A stretch of DNA of 62,090 nucleotides, counting the filler, from Choristocarpus tenellus KU-1152 (lineage: Eukaryota; Protista; Phaeophyceae), in the NCBI GenBank assembly GCA_964200185.2. It is 7 parts of 7 records of this genome, joined end to end, with 100 filler letters (N's around TTAATTAATTAA, not from the genome) between each part and the next. Parts side by side here need not be neighbours in the genome. Positions count along the whole stretch, not along the records: positions 48,078 to 58,496 come from CAXNAD020002943.1; positions 58,597 to 62,090 come from CAXNAD020019649.1; 5 more parts are not named here. One strand, given 5' to 3'. Each line of letters opens with the position of its first letter. Positions within the stretch are counted from its first letter, which is position 1. Under the pieces are notes generated by a model, which was given only the letters and a program-made list of their open reading frames with translations, had not been told where the DNA came from and did not search any database. Shown here in pieces: positions 50,700 to 62,090 of the stretch. A program made the translations under genes and the position numbers.

Positions 50700-51235
50700 G
50701 AGTAGTTTTCATTGGTTTCCCCCCTGACACATCTGGAAAATGTCAGAGGGCATAATAATATATAAAGATATCTCTATAAAACCCATGTATTATTTAAATG
50801 CCAGTATACTATAAGCATCCCTTTAAAGGTTGGAGATTACAATTTTTCTAAAATTTCTGTTACCCTGCCAACATGCTGTCAAGTCTCGTTTGAGAAAGAT
50901 AATCTCAGCCACTGGGGAAGTGACTCTGTCCCGACACATGATGTGTTTCAACCTAGAGACACCTGCCAGGTGGGCAAGAAGGAGCTTGGTAGATTCATGG
51001 GATACTTTCCTACCTCCTCGCCCACGTTTCTAGGGGTAAGTCAGGTTAGAAGCGTACCACTTTGTAATAACAACTTCGTATTATTTTTAAAAATAGCAAA
51101 TATTTTTTTATTTTTCTCCGACACATCTGGAAAATGTTGGTGGACATGATACGATATATATACTGACATACGTATAGTTTCCATTTGTTTTCCCCCTGAC
51201 ACATGCAAAATATCAGAGGCATAATAATATATATA
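50700..51235 (+). repeat. Repeat family D: three copies of a roughly 55-bp hairpin-containing motif (also at about 40080-40140 and 44915-44972)
   Basis: Consensus TTGGTTTTCCCCCTGACA-CATCTGGAAAA-TGTCAGAGGGCATAATAATA at about 50706, 51111 and 51181. Confidence 0.75.
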
Positions 51236-51802
51236 TTTTAAATATTACAGTGGAAGTGGCGTAATATCTGTTGGAATTAGATGATCCAAACCAGATTTAT
51301 GAAAAGAAGTAGTTCCCACCCCAAAGAAGAACCCCCCGATATTCAGGGACGTAAAGGATTGAGTGACCAAAACACATCCATTTGTTATGGAACGAATAGA
51401 TTGTGTGAAGGGAATCACTATCACTTTGTTATACAATGAATGTATACGTGAGGTTCACAATAAAAGGTTTGTAAATTGTATAGACTCTATTTTCCCACGT
51501 AATACTAGTATTTTCTATGTTAAGTTAAGTATTAGTATATTGTATATTAGATATATAAATAGTCAGTCCTAATGAGATAGGAGTTGTACAGTAATGGAGC
51601 AGAGTAAATTAAATAAGCCAATCACCAGCAAAAGATTGGAGTGACAGATGACAAGAAAATGAGTGACATGTCACACCGCAAGTAAAACTAGACACTTCGT
51701 GAACTCCACACTACCTTCGTTGATCACAATATCTGCATTGTGTTCTCGAGTTTCGTGCTGGCACAGTCCCATTGTATTAGACAGGTTCACGGTATTAGGG
51801 CC

Positions 51803-54800
51803 ATGGCTCCTCCTTGCGCCAGCTGCGTTGATGCAACTCCTCCACCTAAGAAGAAGATTGCAATCATTGGTGCAGGAGCCTCTGGATTGACTGTGATGAA
51901 AGAGCTCACTGCTCTTGGTCACAAGGCGAGTGATATCATCTATATTTTGGAAAGTAGGTGTGCAATTTTGGAAGTCCTCAGGCGTGAGGAAGTCTACTAA
52001 CCGTGGAACTGGATGTTATCAAGTGGTCATAGGTTGCTGGTGTGCTTGATCGTTGCTCTATGGAACTTTTCCGTGCACCACATACGCTTCCATACAGGTT
52101 ATGTGCTTCGAGGTTCTCCCTGTCATTGGCGGGGTGTATGCCAAATCTTACGACAACACAATGCTTACAACCAGCAGGTAATGTGTGGGTTACCAGACAA
52201 GCAGATATGTGGCTTGGTTTTGACTTGAGCTAAGAGTACTTTCATCGAGTTATTTACTGGGGTCGGCAATCAGTCCAGAATCAGCGTACCTGCACTCTTA
52301 CTTCGTCGTTTCAAGCAGTGCTGAGCATGTTTTTTTCTATTGAGGAAATTTTAATTCATCCGCAAACTATCAGCGCAACTGAAAACCGTGTCATGTTCCA
52401 TGTGTTCATGGGTGCAGACTACTAGAATTATCTGGATAAGCTTCTGATGTTGTCTACCTTCATTTTTTCGCCTGTAGCATATATGTCGTTGCTCCCAGAT
52501 CGCTCCCTGATTAACCAGATGCTTAGATCAAGTCATATTCTAATAGAAAACTGAAAGGATATGCTTGAATTGTTTAGAATCCATTGACTTTTAAACTAGA
52601 TCTGTTGTGTACTACCTGATGCTGGGTGCAGCTGCCTTACGTCCTTCTCGGACTACAGCGACGGCCTAGAGGACAAGCCAAGGTTTTGGACAGATGAAGA
52701 GTACCTGGCTTACCTGGGCGGGTACGTCGATCCTTCCCCTCCTTTGCGTTTTTTTCTTGTCAAAATTGCCCTTGCTAAATGATACAACTGCTGTCCTGCA
52801 TTGTCTGGATCTTGCTGGAGGTACGGTTTGTCAACCATGTAGTACCTAAGGCATGCAGTGAAGTGTTTTCCATTTTTCAACAGTGTTAATATTTTTTGTG
52901 TTCCTTGACACCTTGCGTGATTGATTCATACCCCCTCCTATAAAGTATGCTGCACTATATCACATCACTGCTGTGTGATAATACGTGACTTGACCTCCTT
53001 GCCCTTCAATAGATCGTCCTTAATCCATGAAGATCCAATATTGTGCCGACGGTGTATGTACTCCTCAAAATGCATTCGGTCCCCTCTTCCTCACATTATC
53101 ATATTATTAAACTTACATTCCCGACAGATTTGCAAAGAAGTTCGACCTCAAAAGTCACATCAATTTCAGCACCAAGGTGGAGAAACTCAAGCGCTGCCCT
53201 AAGAGCTGCAAGTGGACTGTATGGTTCAAGAGAAATCGCCAGGCACCCCCACACCGTGCCTACCCAGATACTCCCAAGGAAAACCCTGAGGTGATATGTC
53301 AGCAGACCTGACCCTTTGTGAGGATGCTATTTGTTGCAGAGAGTAGGCTGTTGTGATGGTGATGGGTACATATTGCTGATATTTTTACTGTGGCTGTGTG
53401 TCGGCTTCCAATTGGCACAATGTTCATTTCCCTATTGAAACATTTATTGTGTTCCTCAACGAAGTTTCAATCAAGTTACATTGTTGAACTACTGCATTTG
53501 TGCCAATGCACCCGTCTGAATTCAGAAGTAACATTGCTAGGGCCACAGCTATGGGTTGTTGATAATCACTCTACCAGCCTAACCCTAACCCTAAACCTAC
53601 TCTCAAAATTTCCTATCGGACGTGATACAAAAGCAAAAGCAGTACAGAAATTTCAACTTGATGGCTGCTGGATTTTAGTTGGGACGTACTCAAATATCGC
53701 TCACCACGCTCTCCACACCCACTGCCTGCACCCTGTATTCATGGTGACAACCAGGAGCCAATGGTGGAGGAAGGTAATTTTGATGGTGTGTGCATTTGCA
53801 CGGGTACCAACACTTGGGCATCTCTTCCATGCTTTAAAGGCCAGGGCAAATTCACGGGAGAGATCATTCATTCGGAGAAGTATCGTTCACCCGAGGTGAT
53901 GTGACTTCCTAGAAATGATATGTGATGAGAGGATGGGCAGATGAGGGAGGGAAAACCAGCGAAGTAGATAATTGAGTGAGAGATGAGGAGTGTGTGACAG
54001 GGTGGTTACATGTTCGCAGTTGCGGCAGGCCAGTGACGATTTTGGTGAAAATGCTCTTTGTGGGATGCAGAGATGGGAAGATAGTTCGGTGGGAAGTTCT
54101 TACAGGGGAGATATGCAGGTCATATCTGGTCGGGACAGATAGTCCTGGTAGAATTAATACCTTCAAGATTTGAAAACCTGAGCAAACGCTCGAGTTGCCA
54201 CACCTCTAGGAAATTTCCTGGTTGGAGGTTGAAAAGGTCGTGTCTCCCTGATTGTACTGACAGCTTGGTAGGTCACCCTGCCCTTGACTCAACGGAATAA
54301 CTAAGCTCACAGACACTCCCCTGATTTCTTCTTGATTTTGCCCTAGGTATAAAATGTAAACGTGCTTCCTTTGCAAATCCCACTCATTATCCATCATCAG
54401 GAGTTTGCTGGCAAGCGTGTACTGGTTGTGGGGGCGGGGGAGTCTGGTTCAGACATTTGCAATGAAATCAGTCGCCATGCTGCTGCTACAGGCATCGCTG
54501 TAAGAGGCAAGCACGGACACCTCATTCCCCGTGAGCAATCTGATGGCCGTGTGACCGACCTTAACACAAACCGTTGCCGGTATTCCAACCCTTACATCCT
54601 TGGAGACTGGGTGGGCATGTGCAACCAGATGGTGAGTCTGGCTGGAGCGTGATTTTTCAATTATTCTAAGTGTTGTTCACTGTTGGTGTTGAAGTTGTTG
54701 GTGCGGTGGTATGGAATGTGGAAAGGCATGTGCTTTTGCTCACTCAGTGACACGTTCAAAACTTTAATCATCACATCTGTACTCTTCTTTCTCTCAAGCA

Positions 54801-57800
54801 TCCCATGTGCAGCGCGTGAAGAATTCCCTGAGTTGGTTCTGTTGACTACCACCTCCGTGATCATGATCACGATCAACTCTTCTTGCCTTCTGTCAGCCCT
54901 TTTCTTTCTTTTTTCTTTTCTTTCCTTTTTTGGAAAGTGAGTTCGGTGCCCCCATGCGCCCTGTGCTCTCTCTGTGTGTAGAATCTTGTTTTCCCACATA
55001 CTTCTGAACTTGATGTTTTCAACCGTGTCTGAACTATTGTGGGATATGGGCGTTTAAAATTCACCTACAATAATACAACACAAAACAAAACAAGAACAAC
55101 GCACAGAATATGTCTGTTGTGTCTCTGCTTTGATATCCCCAGCTACCCGTGACTATTGAGTCCCAACTACATATTTTTTGAAGTGCTGACCACGATGTTG
55201 ATGTCGTGGGCAGGCCAAGAAGTTTGTTGCAACTGTGGGGCCACAGAACGACGAGAACAAGATCCTCCAGAAGATTGGGGAGCTCAACATGTTACAAAAG
55301 ACATCCGCCTTCAGCAAGTTCGGGTGCAAGAACGCAGGCTTTGTTGAGGCCATTGTACAGCGGGGGGCGACTCTCCACCGGGGTGGATTTGAGTTGCAGG
55401 AGGTAAGTAGACTGCAGTCGGGCCTTTGTATCTGCTGAAGATTTATTTTTTATTATGTCATGCCTTGCAATGGCGCTACCACTGTATAATTCCCAAAAGT
55501 TACTGCTTCCTTCTAGAAAGTTCCGCACCAAGGGGTAGAGACTATAATTTATTTATTGGGAACATTTTTACTTGCTTTTGCACTAAGCATCCTTTGGCGA
55601 GAGATGCTTGTTAGCAGCCTAGTACTGTTTGATCATCTGTTCTCTCTCATTGCTTAAGTCTGCAGGAAAGGCTTTTGCTGGGAGTAAAAAAAAAGGGAGT
55701 GGGTGAGATGAGTAGAGAATCAGATCAAATCAACAAGTTAGTTTTTTTAATGATTCCATTTTTTTTTAAATATTTGAACAGATACAATGTATGATTTTAA
55801 GGGATATTTGGGTTATAGGTTGATGATGGCGTGGGGGCGCACACATTTTGTTGTAGGATTCCAACAATGAACAGTGCTGTAATGAAATTGTGAAGACTCT
55901 AATACATCCTGGCATCCTAGGCGGTGAGGTGTTGAGTTCAAATAAAACATTTTTCAACGCAATTAGTGACTGCATCTAACCCCCTCCCTTTCTCCCTCCA
56001 TGATACTGCTGATGGTGTAAAATTGATGTCTCATCATGGGTCTACAGGACAGGGCCGTCTTTGAGGATGGGTCAGTATTCGAGTGCGACATTGTTGTTGC
56101 CTGCACAGGATACAAGAACACATTCCCCTTTGTGGAGGAAACGCACCCGGATATCAATGAGTATGGACAGAACCCCCGCCTTCTGTACAAGCAGGTGATG
56201 CAAGGTTCGATTGTCAGGAAAAGTTCCAAGAGTTTTGTTGAGATTCGAATCATTTTATGAAGATTACGTTTGATACTTTTTTGTTCTCGATAGAAAAAAC
56301 CCCTCTACACCTCCCTCAGACAACCTCCCCTATCTAGCCTGCCTGTTCTTGTATGTGTGTGTGTGTGTATGTGTGTGTGTGTGTGTGTGTTTTCATCTCC
56401 TCTGAAGCACCTCTTGCTAAATTTTGAACAATTACGAACGCTCCCATTCCACAGATTTTCCACCCCAAGTACAATGGAGAGGTGGCATACTTTGGCTTTG
56501 CACGCCCTGCGTTTGGGTCAATTCCGCCAACATCAGAGATGCAGTCCAGGTTTGTCATGGGATAGGGGGCGAGGACTGCAGGAGTGGGGTGAATGAATGG
56601 AGGTGTTCACTGTGTACACGACCTCTGCTGATGCTTTTTGAGTAAATCAATTTTGTTCGCGTTGCAGAAGAGACGAGTGTGAGACATGGACCCTAACCCT
56701 AGAACCCTAACCCTAACCCTAAGACATGATCCGATCCGGTGTCACTGGTAACCTAAGGGTGGTTGAGAGGGAAGACTCTCCCTGAACGATTTTATTTTTT
56801 TCAAAGAGGAAGGCGGGAGTCGCTGAAGCAGTGGGTGCAGAGTTGATGACGGCTATCAAATTTCTCAACAGTGATTTTGATGTACCTGCATTGTGTGCAC
56901 CACCTTTTCTTGTCTACAATTTTTTTTCTTACCCCTCTCCTGGCAACCCTCTTTTGCTTTCCCGGATGTCCTACCTACGAATGTGGTGCTGTTGGGGCTC
57001 AGGTATTTTGCCATGGTCACTAATGGAGACTTGCAGCTTCCATCCCGCAAGACGATGGAGAAGGTATCAAGGGAAGATCAGTCGGAGTGGGAGTGGCGCT
57101 TTGGATATGATGCACTAAGGGTGAAGGGCTTGGTGGACTTCCAGGTGTACACGGATGACCTGGCGAGCATAATGGGCTCACTGCCACCCTTGAAGAAGAT
57201 TTTCTTCTCCAAGCCGAAGCTGTGGTTTTCGATCATGTTTGGTCCGGTGAGAATAATAAAAAATAGAAATTGGTGAGGTGGAGGCGTTTTTCAGTGTATT
57301 TTGGAAGTTAAAGGGAACACAGTGCTGGAGTAGCAAATTGTAGATATCTTTGATTTGAGGTGTTACAATAATGTTGAGGAGCATGTAACATGTACAGCAC
57401 TGCAAATTTAGATATAAAAGCTGCTTTGGTTGAGGCTAGGTCTTTTTTTTTTTCAGTGCCTCTTTAGTACCTTTCAATGCTTCACATCAGCATGTTTTGT
57501 GTTTTGAGGGGTGTCTGAAGCATCTTGAGGAGTCCATGGTCGCTCTATTGTGTCAAGTGGCACAACTTTGAAATGTTAGGACTTGGTAGTTGAAGTTTGA
57601 AGCGAATGGGAAGGGTATGACAATCTTACACCATTCATTGTGGTGGTTGTGTTCATTACTTTCCCCTCCTCCCCTGTGTGTGTTTCATTTGTTACTGCCT
57701 GCTCCTGTAACCAAATTTTGGGGACATGGGTGCAGTTCACAATGCACCAGTACAGGTTGACAGGACCCTATGCCAACCCAAAGGTAGCGTCCGAGGTCTA

Positions 57801-57867
57801 TGCCAGACAGCCTTTGGGAGATTTGTTGGAGTGTGCTATCACCGCCGCCTTCCTGACATCGTCCAAG
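51803..57867 (+). CDS. Flavin-containing monooxygenase (class B, FMO-like); final exon not found before the contig gap
   Basis: 11 phase-consistent exons: 51803-51925, 52098-52177, 52632-52721, 53128-53290, 53755-53895, 54401-54631, 55214-55402, 56048-56194, 56455-56549, 57003-57246, 57736-57867. Motifs: GAGASG (FAD), FTGEIIHSEKY (FMO signature), GAGESG (NADPH), ACTGY, EMQSR, HQYRLTGP. Confidence 0.95.
56691..56722 (+). repeat. Interstitial telomere-like (CCCTAA)n in an FMO intron; a shorter one at 53578-53596
   Basis: CCCTAACCCTAGAACCCTAACCCTAACCCTAA. Confidence 0.85.
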
Positions 57868-58103
57868 GTGAATGGGATGAGGAGCAATAAATTTTAATGT
57901 ATTAGAAATGATTCGCTTTCTACACGGTTTGTTTAGTGTGTTCTGATGGGATTTGTATTTGTACCTGCGTGTTCTGGATGCGCTTTTGAACAATTGATCT
58001 GATTCTTTGTCTTGAAATGTCTAGCGGTGTGGTATAGATTTGTATGTATTGTGAACTTTCTTAAGTGGTGAGGGTGAGATGAGATGTGCTCTTGTGTAGG
58101 TGG

Positions 58104-58105
58104 TA

Positions 58106-58142
<37 letters not shown>
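58104..58142 (+). repeat. (TAA)n microsatellite
   Basis: About 12 units. Confidence 0.95.
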
Positions 58143-58596
58143 TTTCGGTCTGTTTTTAAAAGTCGTTAGTTCTGTGTGCGTGTGCCGTGGAACACATGAT
58201 GTTTTGGTCATTGGCTGGATGTTGATGTATTTCTGTTTCCAAAATGGGTGCATGTTAATGTTGTGATGTGCTCCCGAGAGGTGTTGTTGGTGGCAAGTGT
58301 CTCGATGAGCGTGTCATGCCCTTTGAAAATGTTGGAGATAGGGCGCAATTTTTTAGGCGCATTGAGGATGGTTGATGTATTAATTTTGAAGTTAAGACCG
58401 TGAAATGTTTCAGCACATGGAAGCATAGGTGGTCTAAATGTACTGTGTAGAGGTGTTGAGGTGTTGAGGTGTTGGGGGGGGGGGGATTAGATTGGCNNNN
58501 NNNNNNNNNNNNNNNNNNNNNNNNNNNNNNNNNNNNNNNNTTAATTAATTAANNNNNNNNNNNNNNNNNNNNNNNNNNNNNNNNNNNNNNNNNNNN

Positions 58597-58685
58597 TATG
58601 TAACCAAATCCCCCAAAAATCGCGACATGAAAAAATTGACCCCAAATGGACAGCCGCCCCCCCCCCCCCCCAGATACTTTAAGTC
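58597..58685. mobile_element. MITE family B partial copy at contig start
   Basis: CCAAATGGACAGCC-polyC-AGATACTTTAAGTC terminus. Confidence 0.85.
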
Positions 58686-61600
58686 CCATCAAGTCTTCAA
58701 TGGACTACCTGGGCTAACTCCCCCCTCCCCCCCTCTACGATATATGGGCCATCACTCCAAGGAAAAGAGATCAAAGAGAAGAGATATATTCAGCAGGAAA
58801 TGGTGCGTGCGCATGTGCCCTGATCTGGTCAGGCTGCCATAGCTGCTGCTTTAGCATGACGTATGTACATCAATTATCACAGCTTCTCTGCAATGCTACT
58901 CGTCCATGAAGCTCTGTGTTCCATTATCAACCACACACACTCACACAAGCTGTGATGGTTGCTGCTTTTGTATTCAAACTCATCAATGTTGCCTTGCGGG
59001 CACATCTAACTGTTCTTTTTCTATCCACCCTTGCAAGATCGCCGAACACCTATGGGTCTCTGGGAGTTGCTCCTTCAACATGCCTGCAACTGTATTCTGA
59101 ACAGGAAACAAGCCTCCATTTTCACAGTTACCTTGATACTGTTACCTAGATTGTTCGCAAGGGCATCTTCCTAGTAGATTGTGTGATTAGTGATGCATTT
59201 CCGTTGGTGAAGTACGATGCAGCATAGGATAAACTTATGATGGTGAGACTGAAGCTTCATATAGTGGACCTGACTCAGTGTCTTTTTCACAAAATTATGT
59301 AACAGAACCTCAAGCAAGTACTTCAGCCTTGAGTATCCACATCATAACCTCAAGTGATACACCTGCGATGCTGTCATAGAGCACCTGGTCGAACCAGCAG
59401 AAACAGCGTTATTTTCAACCCACCGGGTGATCTTGCTGGTAAGGTTTTTAAATAAGCTTTTGTTTCCCTAGACTTGTCATATAAATGTATTGTCATATGT
59501 ATTTGTCATACAAATGTATTGGTAAGTCCTTGCAGTCACTCCAAAAATACATCATACATCGCATCCCTTTGTCCACTTTCATCACACACACCCACAATCT
59601 CCACAGACTGCCACTCCTGGTTGCATGTCTTTCAGTAACTTCTCCATGAACTAATTCGCCACTATTTCTCGATGCGGAGAGTCAGTCCTGTTGGTCTCTT
59701 CTCCTCCATGCCGTCCACTTTCGCCAGAAACGTTTTGAATCTGGTAAGGGCAAGGACAGATTAAAAGTGATGGCTTGTGGTTGCACTCATCTTCGTCTTT
59801 GGCTGCATGACTCTACCATCGCGAGATCATCATCGGTCACAGAAATGTGTAACGCCATCAAGTCAGACTTTTACCAACCATATCAATCTTCGAAACCAGT
59901 AACATATGAACAACAAGCCCGCCCAACATCCATCCACCCATCCGACCGTTTGTATTTCTTGTTCCAACATCTCTACTTGTACGACTTAATCAGGGTGCCT
60001 TGCCTTCTTCTTGCACAGTAGAAACTCTGGTGGACGAAGGAGGAATATTTCGCTCAAGTGCACCCGCATAACCAGAGTACCTTGTCCTTCTGGGTTATGG
60101 TTTTCCTTCGTAGACCTTAAATAACTGGACACCTGCTCATTTCCTGGCAACCGTGTCACCCAGTATAGGACCTGTGAACTCCACCTTAGCCTCTCCTATC
60201 CAGTGATACAAGATTGAGTTTTCTACAGGCCCGTGGCGTGTTGGAGCTCTGTCTGGTGCTGCTTGGCAAACTTGGAATACGGACTTTGAAATACGGCCTC
60301 GATAGTTTGGCTCTCGCGCCAAACCTGAAAAGGTAGTCATGTTGAAGCGTCCCAACCCGTATCGCAAAGCCAGGGGCCAGGGAACCCTGGAAGATCTGAT
60401 GTTCGATATGGACAAACGACGCCATGCAGGTTTTCGCTTCCAGAACTACCAAAACTTCATCACAGACAGGCCTGGCAAGGAGGTCAGTTTGTCGAACCCA
60501 TCCCTCTATCCCAACAAACATATCTGGCGGGGACAAGTATGTATCGTGTCCTCTCTCCCAGCTTGAGGTTGGTTTGTCACGGATAACTCCTGGGAGGTTT
60601 GCTTGACAGTGATTAGATAGTCGGGTAGATGATCTCCTTTCGAATAGTCACTGCTGAAACAGAGCGATGCCCTGGTTCCATGTGTTACATGGACGAACCT
60701 TCTGTGGATGGGTTTAATTGCTCCACCAACCCGTATAACGTAGGCGGTGTCAAGGAGTAGAAATAATGTTGCCGGAGGCAGGGAACGAAGGTTTTCCTCT
60801 CTAACGCCGTGTGTTCGTGCCCTCTCACCTCACCCCTCACGCCTGGCAGGATGATAGGTATCAACAAAAGCTAAGCTGGTGTTCCCTCGACGCAGGTCAG
60901 AAAGAACCTCCCCCATTCTCCCTTCGTGCCAATCTACCCACCCACCCACCCTAAGACCCACCTGTTGAAATATACCAAGTCCTAGGGAGTCAATTTCATG
61001 GAGTTATCAACCTTTCTTTGCTAGTGTCTTAATACAGGTGCCATGCCAGCAATGTTTCATGTAGAAGTTCGATGACGATAACGGTTGCCACGGGCGACTT
61101 AGAAATCCCTCGTAACCCCCCCCCCTCTCCTCCTCCTCTACAGTGCAACAGACCTAGATGTGCCCTTTACAAATTGTCACTGTCAGTAAGGAGTGTTTCC
61201 CAATCCAAAGGCATCGATTCGTTCCTTTTTCATGCCCGATTTGTACCAACAACAGTTGCACACCGCCTCAGATATTCTCGACAATACCTCTAGAGCTGCT
61301 GAGAAACGGTGCACCAAAGACCATCCCCATGGGTCAATTTTTGTGGCTAAGGAGTGTGAAACAAGCCATTTACAAAGTAATTTTCAATTTGACAGACAAT
61401 AGTCCCCAGAGAGAATAGCTTCCTTCCAGAAGGAAGTGCATTACGGAAAGAATACCTCATCCCTCTCCATCAACTCCTCCCTTCCCTCCAGCCCCAACCA
61501 CCAGGCCCTGTCCTCTTGAACACTTTCTTGCAATGCTGACACAGAATGTGGAGAGGCAGAGAGAGTAGATACCACATTAATCTGTTTGTGATGCTGTTTG

Positions 61601-61817
61601 GTTGAAAACATCCTTCCCACCCTTTCCCTTAACCCAACATGCTATGAGCCTCTGTGCCCAGGTTGGTCAAGATCACTGGGTACACATATCGATCAATGTC
61701 TGCTTTGCCTCACAAGCAATAAAAAACCCACCATATAACCCCCGCCAAATGCTATGTACACGATTACAATTTACGCCTCTCTTTGTATTGATCACTAAAC
61801 CCACGTCTCCCATTCAG

Positions 61818-62005
61818 AAACTGGAACGTTGGCCTACCTCACGGAAGATCAGAGTCCCACAGCACGGCGAATGTCTACTTCATCTGTGGGGTCAATCCCT
61901 GGTGGTGGTGGGATGGATAGAGATTCCTTGTTACCCACATGGACGGATTCTCGTCGTGGCAGCCTCACAGGCACGGCTGAAGAAGAGGCAAGATCAGAAA
62001 AGTGT
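61818..62005 (+). CDS. Possible isolated exon of an unknown gene
   Basis: CAG acceptor after a pyrimidine tract and an open frame (TGTLAYLTEDQSPTARRMSTSSVGS..SRRGSLTGTAEEEARSEK) with exon-like composition. Confidence 0.35.
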
Positions 62006-62090
62006 TCAAGAGGGTGGGGGGGGGGGGGGGGGGGGGGGGGAACTTAAATTATATTTGGTTGGGTGGGGTTTTTTTTTTTTTTTTTGTCTT

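Noticed and set aside
60303-60305. In-frame TAG as possible stop-codon recoding
   Set aside because: The same frame has other stops upstream, and TAG terminates the RSP3 and orphan gene models, so decay is the simpler explanation.

Overview
Intron-rich eukaryotic genomic DNA, most consistent with a brown alga or close stramenopile. This is an inference from the flagellar RSP3 gene, TTAGGG repeats and RTE/CRE retrotransposon relics of the type I recall from brown algal genomes. The window is seven contigs joined by artificial 100-nt N linkers containing TTAATTAATTAA, so adjacency across gaps means nothing. Supported content: the last exon of a TMEM131-like gene; the 3' exons of radial spoke protein 3; a >16-kb multi-exon gene for a giant probable surface protein (Gly-rich domain interrupted by two EVQ/GGTF repeats, a ConA-like sandwich and a GH43_24-like propeller); tRNA-Ser(AGA); tRNA-Glu(CTC); an orphan 4-exon gene end; a secreted M12B/M72-like metallopeptidase homologue; and an 11-exon flavin-containing monooxygenase. 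Decayed LINE and DDE-transposase relics are also present. The most distinctive non-genic signal is two related MITE families (17 loci) sharing AAAGTATCT termini and a GTCCATTTGG subterminal box. They have mixed 3/4-bp target-site duplications and nest inside each other, and one copy has both TIRs rewritten into telomeric TTAGGG units. Exon models were built by hand from splice signals and frame consistency; no searches were run.
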